Shown here piece by piece: positions 52,023 through 64,000 of a stretch of 64,000 nucleotides of DNA. Below the pieces are notes generated by a model that saw nothing but the letters and a program-made list of their open reading frames with translations, had not been told where the DNA came from and searched no databases. The position numbers and the translations under genes are program-made. How positions within the stretch are numbered: position 1 is the first letter of the stretch; each line of letters starts with the position of its first letter. The stretch comes from Eledone cirrhosa (Eukaryota). The stretch covers positions 53,568,001-53,632,000 of the forward strand of contig OZ024750.1 of assembly GCA_964016885.1 (NCBI GenBank), read 5' to 3'.

Positions 52023-52654
52023 TTGAATATATGAGAGGGATAAACACAGATATAAGTATACATGTGTTCCAATTGCAAATAACCAAGTTAGCTAGGAAAG
52101 ATTCTCTTCTTTGAGCTATTTAATTGTAAAAGACTATTTTGAGTTTCTAACTCAATCTATGATATTCTCGGCTCCGTATGTATGTAGAGCTAACTTTAGT
52201 CTCATAAACCCAACTGCTATTTTTAGCGGCATGAGTATGAGATGCCCTAAGCGCTGCGACATGTGCTTTTATATCAGCATATCGTTCAGTCTTCTGAGAT
52301 CTTTTGAAGTGAAAGGTACGAATTTCCTGGATACCCGCAGAAGAGCACAGGAATGGTGGCTTTCACTTAATAATTCTTGCGAAACAGATTTAGGTCTGTC
52401 CGGATATCAAAGGCTGTTGCCCGATATAGGCTTGTTATTTTTATTGATTTATTACTTTACATTGATACAGGCAAACCATATTGTTTTAAATTAGTATTTC
52501 TCAACCTAGCTAACTTGGTCATTTACAATTGGAACACATGTATACTTGTATCGGTGTTCATTCCTCTCATATATTCAAGAATCGGAAAGATTCCCTTCTT
52601 TGAGCTATTTAATTGTAAAAGACTATTTTGAGTTTATAACTCAATCTATGATAT
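52023..52654 (+). mobile_element. Retrozyme-like or PLE-derived non-coding element
   Basis: Direct repeat 52095-52165/52584-52654 (period 489), inverted repeat 52023-52096/52505-52578, internal HHR, (TA)n on both flanks. Confidence 0.7.
52330..52408 (+). ncRNA. Type I hammerhead with core substitution (CAGAAGA for CUGANGA)
   Basis: GATACCCG CAGAAGA GCA..AGGAAT..ATTCTTGC GAAA CAGATTTAGGTCTG TC CGGATATC; stems I-III pair, GUC triplet. Confidence 0.8.
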
Positions 52655-52662
52655 ATACATAC

Positions 52663-52726
<64 letters not shown>

Positions 52727-52883
52727 ATATATATACATATATTATATGTAAAGTTGGAGTACAATTATAAAAAATAGGGGATTTTGACATGAGGTGGGCA
52801 GGTCTCATAAGAAAATAGTGACTATATTGAGGGCTATATCGTACATTACATATTGACTATATTTTCTGTTTCTCTGTCTGTAG

Positions 52884-53018
52884 GAAATACAACAAAAACA
52901 TAAACTGAGTGAACCATTATCATCATATTTGATCAAACCAGTACAAAGGATCACAAAGTATCGATTGCTTCTCAAAGACTTGCTTTCCTGCTGTGAAAAT
53001 GATACTGGAGAAATTAAG
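52884..53018 (+). CDS. trio: Trio exon (DH1, conserved region 3)
   Basis: ctgtag|GAA...AAG|gtatga; [45 protein letters not shown]. Confidence 0.96.
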
Positions 53019-53425
53019 GTATGACTAGTCTTCCTATCATAAATTAGTTCCACACCCACACCTTTTTTCTTTGTTTCACTAGATTCAACAATTTAAAGTA
53101 ATCCACTAAGATACAAAACAATTAAACTGGAAATGTTATTTCTACAATTGTGTTTATCTAATGGATGGTAAATTGGTAGAGTTAGTAGAATGTCAGAATT
53201 CTTTGTGGTATTCATTCTGACACCACTGAGTTCAAATCCCAGCCAGATCAACCTTGTTAAATACTATATTTTACATTTTTTATGTGACAAATTGATTCTA
53301 TTAATGAATATATTGTACATTTTTGCCTTTCATCCTTTCAAGGTCAATAAATAAAGTAGCATTCCAGTAATGGGTTTGATTCTTCCTCACTATCTTTTTC
53401 TAGCTTCTTTTCTAACACTCTTCTT

Positions 53426-54008
53426 CTCTGGAAGAGCTAGAGGGAGTAACCTCTGGAAGACCTAGAGGGAGATAGCCTCTGGAAGAGCTAGAGGGAGATA
53501 GCCTCTGGAAGACCTAGAGGGAGTAACCTCTGGAAGACCTAGAGGGAGTAACCTCTGGAAGACCTAGAGGGAGATAGTCCCTGGAAGACCTAGAGGGAGA
53601 TAGCCTCTGGAAGACCTAGAGGGAGATAGCCTCTGGAAGACCTAGAGGGAGTAACCTCTGGAAGAGCTAGAGGGAGATAGCCTCTGGAAGAGCTAGAGGG
53701 AGATAGCCTCTGGAAGAGCTAGAGGGAGATAGCCTCTGGAAGAGCTAGAGGGAGATAGCCTCTGGAAGAGCTAGAGGGAGATAGCCCCTGGAAGAGCTAG
53801 AGAGAGATAGCCTCTGGAAGACCTAGGAGATAGCCTCTGGAAGAGCTAGGAGATAGCCTCTGGAAGAGCTAGAGGGAGATAGCCTCTGGAAGACCTAGGA
53901 GATAGCCTCTGGAAGAGCTAGAGGGAGATAGCCTCTGGAAGACCTAGGAGATAGCCTCTGGAAGAGCTAGAGGGCGATAGCCCCTGGAAGACCTAGAGGG
54001 TGATAGCC
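53426..54008. repeat. 22-26-bp purine-rich minisatellite
   Basis: CTCTGGAAGAGCTAGAGGGAGATAGC. Confidence 0.95.
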
Positions 54009-54382
54009 TTCATCAGGTTTAAATGGCCAAAACACAGCATATGTCTTGAAGGCTAAACCTATGACTTTATTAGGTAATAAGGGCCCATGCATGTCATAAG
54101 AGGTGACTAAAAGTTGATCTCACTGTCTTTTGTTATTTGTTGAGATATCCCCACTGTTTAATATGTCAAGTCTTTGATAACCCATCCAACCCATGTTAGC
54201 ATGGAAGCACAGCTGTTAAATGATGATGATGACTGCTGAGAGATTTTTTATGTGCTGGAGGCAGGGTTGTCATATGTTTAATGAATATCACTATAGTTTG
54301 ATATCTGTATCACACCTGATTAACGTCTAACATTCAGATATTAGCTCTGCATTTTATAGATTTCTTCAATTTCTTGTTAATA

Positions 54383-54727
54383 TCTCACTGTCTGCCACTG
54401 AGATATATATCTTCAGTGGATATCACCATGGTTGATATCTATGTACTGTTGTATAACTTTCTAGAGATCTCACTGTTGAGATATCCTCAGTAGATATCAC
54501 CATGGTTGATATCTATGTACTGTTGTATAACTTTCTAGAGATCTCACTGTTGAGATATCCTCAGTAGATATCACCATAGTTGAAAGCTATGTATAACTTT
54601 CTAGAGATCTCGCTGACTGTTGAGATATCCTCAGTAGATATCACCATAGTTGATATCTATGTACTGTTTATAACTTTCTAGAGATCTCACTGCTGAGATA
54701 TCCTCAGTAGATATCACCATAGTTGAT
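54383..54727. repeat. ~70-bp tandem repeat, ~4.5 copies
   Basis: GAGATATCCTCAGTAGATATCACCATGGTTGATATCTATG..CTTTCTAGAGATCTCACTG. Confidence 0.88.
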
Positions 54728-54796
54728 AGCTATTCTTGTTTCAGTGGAAGTAACAATAGTAAATGTTAACTCCATGTTCAGGGGCTCTATTTACAA

Positions 54797-56533
54797 TGTG
54801 TGTGTGTGTCTATGTATGTCAGTGTATGTGTCTATGTATGTCTGTATATGTGTCTATGTATGTCTGTATATGTGTCTATGTATGTCTGTATATGTGTCTA
54901 TGTATGTCTGTATATGTCTATGTATATCTGTGTGTGTGTATGTATGTCTGGGTGTGTGTGTGTGTCTATGTATGTCAGTATATGTGTGTGTGTCTATGTA
55001 TGTCAGTGTATGTGTCTATGTATGTCTGTATATGTGTCTATGTATATCTGTGTGTGTCTATGTATGTCTGTGTGTGTGTGTGTGTGTGTCTGTATGTCTG
55101 TGTGTGTGTGTGTCCATGTATGTCAGTGTGTGTGTGTCTATGTATGTCAGTGTATGTGTCTATGTATGTCTGTATATGTGTCTATGTATATCTGTGTGTG
55201 TGTGTCTATGTATGTCAGTGTGTGTGTGTCTATGTATGTCAGTGTATGTCTGTATATGTGTCTATGTATGTCTGTATATGTGTCTATGTATATCTGTGTG
55301 TGTCTATGTATGTGTGTGTGTGTGTGTCTGTATGTATGTGTGTGTGTGTCTATGTATGTGTGTGTGTCCATGTATGTCAGTGTGTGTCTATGTATGTCTG
55401 TGTATGTCAGTGTGTGTGTGTGTCTATGTATGTCTGTGTATGTCAGTGTGTGTGTGTCCATGTATGTCAGTGTGGGTGTGTCTATGGATGTCAGTGTGTG
55501 TGTGGGTGTGTCTATGGATGTCTGTATGTGTGTGTGTCTGTGTATGTCTGTATGTGTGTCTATGTCTGTGTATGTATGTCTGTGTGTGTCTGTGTATATG
55601 TGTCTATGTATGTATGTCTGTGTGTGTGTGTCTATGTATGTCTGTGTGTGTGTGTCTATGTATGTCTGTGTATGTGTGTGTGTGTATGTCTGTGTGTATG
55701 TGTGTCTATGTATGTCTGTGTGTGTGTGTGTCTATGTCTGTCTATGTCTGTGTATGTCTGTATATGTGTCTATGTATGTCTGTATATGTGTCTATGTATA
55801 TCTGTGTGTGTCTATGTATGTGTGTGTGTGTGTGTCTGTATGTCTGTGTGTGTGTGTCTATGTATGTGTGTGTGTCCATGTATGTCAGTGTGTGTCTATG
55901 TATGTCTGTGTATGTCAGTGTGTGTGTGTGTCTATGTATGTCTGTGTATGTCAGTGTGTGTGTGTCCATGTATGTCAGTGTGGGTGTGTCTATGGATGTC
56001 AGTGTGTGTGTGGGTGTGTCTATGGATGTCTGTATGTGTGTGTGTCTGTGTATGTCTGTATGTGTGTCTGTCTGTGTATGTGTGTCTATGTATGTCTGTG
56101 TATATGTGCCTATGTATGTATGTCTGTGTGTGTGTGTCTATGTATGTCTGTGTGTGTGTGTCTATGTATGTCTGTGTATGTGTGTGTGTGTATGTCTGTG
56201 TGTATGTGTGTCTATGTATGTCTGTGTGTGTGTGTGTGTGTGTCTGTCTGTGTGTGTGTCTATGTATGTCTGTGTATGTGTGTCTATGTATGTCTGTGTA
56301 TGTGTGTCTATGTATGTCTGTATGTGTGTCTATGTATGTCTGTGTATGTGTGTGTGTGTGTCTATGTATGTCTGTGTGTATGTGTGTCTGTGTGTGTGTG
56401 TGTCTATGTCTGTGTGTGTGTCTATGTATGTCTGTATATGTGTCTATGTATATCTGTGTGTGTGTGTCTATGTATGTCAGTGTGTGTGTCTATGTATGTC
56501 TGTGTATGTATGTGTGTGTGTGTGTGTGTGTGT
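54797..56533. repeat. Compound (TG)/(TATG)/(TCTG) microsatellite
   Basis: Direct reading. Confidence 0.97.
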
Positions 56534-56630
56534 GGTGGTGGTGGTCATCATTGTGTTGTTGTTGATGCCAAAAGAATGCAAAGATGCAACTAAATACTGC
56601 CAGGTATTTAGTCTGGAGCTTCTGTCATCT

Positions 56631-57922
56631 CCACCACCACCCCTATCACCACCACCACCACTATCACTACCACTACCACTACACACTACCACCACCAGTA
56701 CCACCACTACACACCACCATCACTACCACCACCACCACTACACACCACCACTACCACCACCACCACCACTACCACTACCACTACACACTACCACCACTAC
56801 ACACCACCACTACCACCACTACACACTACCACCACTACTACACACTACCACCACCACCACTACACACCACCAGTACCACCACTACTACCACCACCACTAC
56901 ACACCACTACCACTACCACCACCACCACTACACACCACCATCACTACCACCACCACCACTTCACACCACCAGTACCACCACTACTACCACCACCACTACA
57001 CACCACTACCACTACCACTACCACCACTACACACCACCAGTACCACCACCACTACACACCACCATCACTACCACCACCACCACTTCACACCACCAGTACC
57101 ACCACTACTACCACCACCACTACACACCACTACCACTACCACCACCACCACTACACACCACCAGTACCACCACCACTACCACCACCATCACTACCACCAC
57201 CACCACTTCACACCACCAGTACCACCACTACTACCACCACCACTACACACCACTACCACCACCACTACCACCACTACACACCACCAGTACCACCACCACT
57301 ACACACCACCATCACTACCACCACCACCACTTCACACCACCAGTACCACCACTACTACCACCACCACTACACACCACTACCACTACCACCACCACCACTA
57401 CACACCACCAGTACCACCACCACTACCACCACCATCACTACCACCACCACCACTTCACACCACCAGTACCACCACTACTACCACCACCACTACACACCAC
57501 TACCACCACCACTACCACCACTACACACCACCAGTACCACCACCACTACACACCACCATCACTACCACCACCACCACTTCACACCACCAGTACCACCACT
57601 ACTACCACCACCACTACACACCACTACCACTACCACTACCACCACTACACACCACCAGTACTACCACCACCACTACCACCACCACTACACACCACCAGTA
57701 CCACCACTACTACCACTACCACCACTACAACTACTACTACCACTACCATTACTACCACGACACACCACCAGTACTACCACTACTACCACCACCACCACCA
57801 CTACTACATACCACCACTACTACCACCACCACCACTACAACTACTACCACTACTACCACCACCACCACTACACACCACCAGTACTAATAATACTACCACT
57901 ACCACCACCGCTACTACTACCA
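56631..57922. repeat. (ACC/ACT)n-derived compound repeat
   Basis: Direct reading. Confidence 0.96.
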
Positions 57923-57958
57923 ACCTTCTCCAATGTGATGTTACATTGTTCTTCTCTC

Positions 57959-60900
57959 CACTGATGACTTAGTATGTTAAGGTGTGGCAGCACCTGTCTC
58001 AGTAACGACACTGATGACTTAGTATGTTAAGGTGTGGCAGCACCTGTCTCAGTAACGACACTGATGACTTAGTATGTTAAGGTGTGGCAGCACCTGTCTC
58101 AGTAATGACACTGATGACTTAGTATGTTAAGGTGTGGCAGCACCTGTCTCGGTAACGACACTGATGACTTAGTATGTTAAGGTGTGGCAGCACCTGTCTC
58201 GGTAACGACACTGATGACTTAGTATGTTAAGGTGTGGCAGCACCTGTCTCGGTAACGACACTGATGACTTAGTATGTTAAGGTGTGGCAGCACCTGTCTC
58301 AGTAACGACACTGATGACTTAGTATGTTAAGGTGTGGCAGCACCTGTCTCAGTAACGACACTGATGACTTAGTATGTTAAGGTGTGGCAGCACCTGTCTC
58401 AGTAACGACACTGATGACTTAGTATGTTAAGGTGTGGCAGCACCTGTCTTGGTAACGACACTGATGACTTAGTATGTTAAGGTGTGGCAGCACCTGTCTC
58501 AGTAACGACACTGATGACTTAGTATGTTAAGGTGTGGCAGCACCTGTCTTGGTAACGACACTGATGACTTAGTATGTTAAGGTGTGGCAGCACCTGTCTC
58601 AGTAACGACACTGATGACTTAGTATGTTAAGGTGTGGCAGCACCTGTCTTGGTAACGACACTGATGACTTAGTATGTTAAGGTGTGGCAGCACCTGTCTC
58701 AGTAACGACACTGATGACTTAGTATGTTAAGGTGTGGCAGCACCTGTCTTGGTAATGACACTGATGACTTAGTATGTTAAGGTGTGGCAGCACCTGTCTT
58801 GGTAATGACACTGATGACTTAGTATGTTAAGGTGTGGCAGCACCTGTCTTGGTAATGACACTGATGACTTAGTATGTTAAGGTGTGGCAGCACCTGTCTC
58901 AGTAATGACACTGATGACTTAGTATGTTAAGGTGTGGCAGCACCTGTCTCAGTAATGACACTGATGACTTAGTATGTTAAGGTGTGGCAGCACCTGTCTC
59001 AGTAACGACACTGATGACTTAGTATGTTAAGGTGTGGCAGCACCTGTCTTGGTAATGACACTGATGACTTAGTATGTTAAGGTGTGGCAGCACCTGTCTC
59101 AGTAATGACACTGATGACTTAGTATGTAAAGGTGTGGCAGCACCTGTCTCAGTAACAACACTGATGACTTAGTATGTTAAGGTGTGGCAGCACCTGTCTC
59201 AGTAACAACACTGATGACTTAGTATGTTAAGGTGTGGCAGCACCTGTCTCAGTAATGACACTGATGACTTAGTATGTTAAGGTGTGGCAGCACCTGTCTC
59301 AGTAATGACACTGATGACTTAGTATGTTAAGGTGTGGCAGCACCTGTCTCAGTAATGACACTGATGACTTAGTATGTTAAGGTGTGGCAGCACCTGTCTC
59401 AGTAATGACACTGATGACTTAGTATGTTAAGGTGTGGCAGCACCTGTCTCAGTAACAACACTGATGACTTAGTATGTAAAGGTGTGGCAGCACCTGTCTT
59501 GGTAATGACACTGATGACTTAGTATGTTAAGGTGTGGCAGCACCTGTCTCAGTAATGACACTGATGACTTAGTATGTTAAGGTGTGGCAGCACCTGTCTC
59601 AGTAATGACACTGATGACTTAGTATGTTAAGGTGTGGCAGCACCTGTCTCAGTAATGACACTGATGACTTAGTATGTTAAGGTGTGGCAGCACCTGTCTC
59701 AGTAACAACACTGATGACTTAGTATGTAAAGGTGTGGCAGCACCTGTCTTGGTAATGACACTGATGACTTAGTATGTTAAGGTGTGGCAGCACCTGTCTC
59801 AGTAATGACACTGATGACTTAGTATGTTAAGGTGTGGCAGCACCTGTCTCAGTAATGACACTGATGACTTAGTATGTTAAGGTGTGGCAGCACCTGTCTC
59901 AGTAATGACACTGATGACTTAGTATGTTAAGGTGTGGCAGCACCTGTCTCAGTAACAGCACTGATGACTTAGTATGTAAAGGTGTGGCAGCACCTGTCTT
60001 GGTAATGACACTGATGACTTAGTATGTTAAGGTGTGGCAGCACCTGTCTCAGTAATGACACTGATGACTTAGTATGTTAAGGTGTGGCAGCACCTGTCTC
60101 AGTAATGACACTGATGACTTAGTATGTTAAGGTGTGGCAGCACCTGTCTCAGTAATGACACTGATGACTTAGTATGTTAAGGTGTGGCAGCACCTGTCTC
60201 AGTAATGACCCTGATGACTTAGTATGTTAAGGTGTGGCAGCACCTGTCTTGGTAATGACCCTGATGACTTAGTATGTTAAGGTGTGGCAGCACCTGTCTC
60301 AGTAATGACACTGATGACTTAGTATGTTAAGGTGTGGCAGCACCTGTCTCAGTAATGACACTGATGACTTAGTATGTTAAGGTGTGGCAGCACCTGTCTC
60401 AGTAATGACCCTGATGACTTAGTATGTTAAGGTGTGGCAGCACCTGTCTCAGTAACAACACTGATGACTTAGTATGTTAAGGTGTGGCAGCACCTGTCTC
60501 AGTAATGACACTGATGACTTAGTATGTTAAGGTGTGGCAGCACCTGTCTCAGTAATGACCCTGATGACTTAGTATGTTAAGGTGTGGCAGCACCTGTCTC
60601 AGTAACAACACTGATGACTTAGTATGTTAAGGTGTGGCAGCACCTGTCTCAGTAATGACACTGATGACTTAGTATGTTAAGGTGTGGCAGCACCTGTCTC
60701 AGTAACAACACTGATGACTTAGTATGTTAAGGTGTGGCAGCACCTGTCTCAGTAACGACACTGATGACTTAGTATGTTAAGGTGTGGCAGCACCTGTCTT
60801 GGTAACGACACTGATGACTTAGTATGTTAAGGTGTGGCAGCACCTGTCTTGGTAATGACACTGATGACTTAGTATGTTAAGGTGTGGCAGCACCTGTCTT

Positions 60901-62412
60901 GGTAACGACACTGATGACTTAGTATGTTAAGGTGTGGCAGCACCTGTCTCAGTAATGACACTGATGACTTAGTATGTTAAGGTGTGGCAGCACCTGTCTC
61001 AGTAACGACACTGATGACTTAGTATGTTAAGGTGTGGCAGCACCTGTCTCAGTAATGACACTGATGACTTAGTATGTTAAGGTGTGGCAGCACCTGTCTC
61101 AGTAACGACACTGATGACTTAGTATGTTAAGGTGTGGCAGCACCTGTCTCAGTAACGACACTGATGACTTAGTATGTTAAGGTGTGGCAGCACCTGTCTC
61201 AGTAACGACACTGATGACTTAGTATGTTAAGGTGTGGCAGCACCTGTCTCAGTAACGACACTGATGACTTAGTATGTTAAGGTGTGGCAGCACCTGTCTC
61301 AGTAACGACACTGATGACTTAGTATGTTAAGGTGTGGCAGCACCTGTCTCAGTAATGACACTGATGACTTAGTATGTTAAGGTGTGGCAGCACCTGTCTC
61401 AGTAACGACACTGATGACTTAGTATGTTAAGGTGTGGCAGCACCTGTCTCAGTAATGACACTGATGACTTAGTATGTTAAGGTGTGGCAGCACCTGTCTC
61501 AGTAACGACACTGATGACTTAGTATGTTAAGGTGTGGCAGCACCTGTCTCAGTAACGACACTGATGACTTAGTATGTTAAGGTGTGGCAGCACCTGTCTC
61601 AGAAACGACACTGATGACTTAGTATGTTAAGGTGTGGCAGCACCTGTCTCAGTAATGACACTGATGACTTAGTATGTTAAGGTGTGGCAGCACCTGTCTT
61701 GGTAACGACACTGATGACTTAGTATGTTAAGGTGTGGCAGCACCTGTCTCAGTAATGACACTGATGACTTAGTATGTTAAGGTGTGGCAGCACCTGTCTC
61801 AGTAACGACACTGATGACTTAGTATGTTAAGGTGTGGCAGCACCTGTCTCAGTAATGACACTGATGACTTAGTATGTTAAGGTGTGGCAGCACCTGTCTC
61901 AGTAATGACACTGATGACTTAGTATGTTAAGGTGTGGCAGCACCTGTCTCAGTAACGACACTGATGACTTAGTATGTTAAGGTGTGGCAGCACCTGTCTC
62001 AGTAATGACACTGATGACTTAGTATGTTAAGGTGTGGCAGCACCTGTCTTGGTAATGACACTGATGACTTAGTATGTTAAGGTGTGGCAGCACCTGTCTT
62101 GGTAATGACACTGATGACTTAGTATGTTAAGGTGTGGCAGCACCTGTCTCAGTAATGACACTGATGACTTAGTATGTTAAGGTGTGGCAGCACCTGTCTT
62201 GGTAATGACACTGATGACTTAGTATGTTAAGGTGTGGCAGCACCTGTCTCAGTAACGACACTGATGACTTAGTATGTTAAGGTGTGGCAGCACCTGTCTT
62301 GGTAATGACACTGATGACTTAGTATGTTAAGGTGTGGCAGCACCTGTCTTGGTAATGATACTGATGACTTAGTATGTTAAGGTGTGGCAGCACCTGTCTT
62401 GGTAATGACACT
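57959..62412. repeat. 60-bp satellite, ~74 copies with no length variants
   Basis: CTGATGACTTAGTATGTTAAGGTGTGGCAGCACCTGTCTCAGTAACGACA unit read directly; note the printed unit is 50 nt and recurs every 50 bp, giving ~89 copies, so the period should be taken as 50 bp. Confidence 0.9.
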
Positions 62413-62475
62413 TCTACACATTCTCTCGAAATAAATACTAACTTTTAAATTGGGAAATTTGTTTATAAATTTAAA

Positions 62476-62600
62476 TAATTGTTTCTACTTTTGGCACAAG
62501 GCCAGCAATTTTGCCAGTGTATTACTGGTACTTTATTTTATTGACCCCGTAAGGATGAAAGGCAAAGTTAACCTCAGCGGGATTTGAACTCAGAATGGTA
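62476..62600 (-). mobile_element. SINE family A (partial)
   Basis: Reverse complement of 10290-10410. Confidence 0.8.
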
Positions 62601-62915
62601 TTATACATTAAATAATAGCTGGTTAACAAACTCACACAACACCCACACACACATACATGCCCACACATGTGCATACACACACATACACACAACACACACA
62701 CACACACACACACATACATGCCCACACATGTGCATACACACACATACACACAACACACACACATACATGCCCATACATGTGCATACACACACACACAACT
62801 TAACACATACATATCTACATACACACAATACAACACACTGAGGCAACATTTATTCAAACAAAATATACTCACACGCACATCTTTTGTATCATTATATCCC
62901 TATTTGTGGAAATAA

Positions 62916-63095
62916 TGGATTGGCAGTAGACCGTCGGACACCATGCTTTGCAGCATAGAGTTATGACCCTTTATTTTCTGAGTTCAAATCCCGCTGAGGT
63001 TAGCTTTACCTTTCATCCTTACGGGGTTGATAAAATAAAGCACCAGTAATGCGCTGGGGTAATTGATGACCTTGTACCAAAAGCAGAAACAATTA
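62916..63095 (+). mobile_element. SINE family A
   Basis: Head and core as in the 10222 copy. Confidence 0.82.
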
Positions 63096-63531
63096 TATCC
63101 CTGTTTGTATTTAAGATAATATTCACACTGAAAATAAAACACACAATGATGAGGATGGTGATGACAATAATAATAATTTCTAATTTCATTAATATTGGTT
63201 TCTAATAATATAACTCGAATGTGTAAAATAAAAACTGAAACAATACTTATAATAATAGGGGCTCTGGGAATGATAAAGAAAAACACAGACAAATACATAA
63301 CCAATGCTCACTACCTCCCAAATAACCGACAGTGAATACATAATTTTTGCTAGCGACCTTAATGGTCATGTTGGACAAAATTGTGATGGTTCACTTTTAT
63401 TTTCATTCTCCAACTGTCACTCATTCTATTTATCATTTGATAGCCTCGTACTTCCTCACTATCTTGTTTTTGTGATAGCAAATAAATACATGTTGTCAAT
63501 TATTATATATGTGTATTGTATTATATTGCAG

Positions 63532-63609
63532 GACGGGCTTGATGTAATGGTGAATGTGCCAAAGAAAGCTAATGATGCAATGCATTTAAGCATGTTAGAA
63601 GGTTTAGAG
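63532..63609 (+). CDS. trio: Trio exon (end of DH1)
   Basis: ttgcag|GAC...GAG|gtaagt; DGLDVMVNVPKKANDAMHLSMLEGLE. Confidence 0.96.
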
Positions 63610-64000
63610 GTAAGTCTTTCTTCCTTTTTGCTTACCTCTGCATCTATATCCTGATATCATCTCTGCTTTATTTCCATTGACAATGAAAAGCTATTGTGTA
63701 TACTCACTGATCTTGTGGACTATAACATATGTAAGCCCTCACAATAAAGGACAACTAAACAACAGAAAGGCCTATAGCTCTGACATGGCTAATACAACAA
63801 CAACTTTGACAGGACTGACATAACAATAGCTCTGTTAGATTAACAGAACAAGGAGGAAGTAAAAGAATTAAGTGATATACATATATTCATATACACATAC
63901 ATACATACAATATATATATAAGATAAAAAAGCACCCAGGTCACCCTGTTAGGTAGTCGTTCTGGTGCCATGACAAAAAGCACACAGTCCACTCTGTAAAG

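Noticed and set aside
54723-57887. 1054-aa ORF and overlapping long ORFs (Val/Cys/Tyr, then Pro/His/Thr)
   Set aside because: Translation of TG and ACC microsatellites, open in several frames and intronic.
57959-62412. CRISPR-like array, canonical hammerhead satellite, or C/D snoRNA array
   Set aside because: No unique spacers or cas genes, and the DNA is eukaryotic. No GAAA follows the stem. The box C/D-like words simply overlap in CTGATGA.
63215-63390. Possible extra Trio exon (ORF 63304-63654)
   Set aside because: The upstream part resembles LINE scraps (IIIGALGMIKK; IFASDLNGHVG). The DH1 frame is already continuous from 53018 to 63532.

Overview
This is eukaryotic, AT-rich, repeat-dense genomic DNA. 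The SINE and RTE landscape resembles an octopod cephalopod, which is an inference. The window lies wholly inside one + strand gene, Trio/Kalirin. Sixteen GT-AG exons with matching phases join into about 665 uninterrupted codons covering late spectrin repeats, the linker and the complete first DH (RhoGEF) domain. The introns hold many private minisatellites, tRNA-derived SINEs, several RTE-clade LINE relics, a CRE-like fragment, Helitron relics and two Penelope-like elements (PLEs). The most notable signal is at least five sequence-distinct type I hammerhead ribozyme (HHR) motifs between 35.4 and 52.4 kb, four of them next to (TA)n tracts. One lies in a 489-nt non-coding retrozyme-like unit with a direct repeat and an inverted 5' segment. 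The two antisense HHRs keep complete cores, while the three sense-strand HHRs look crippled or minimal. The long ORFs over the repeats are artefacts.
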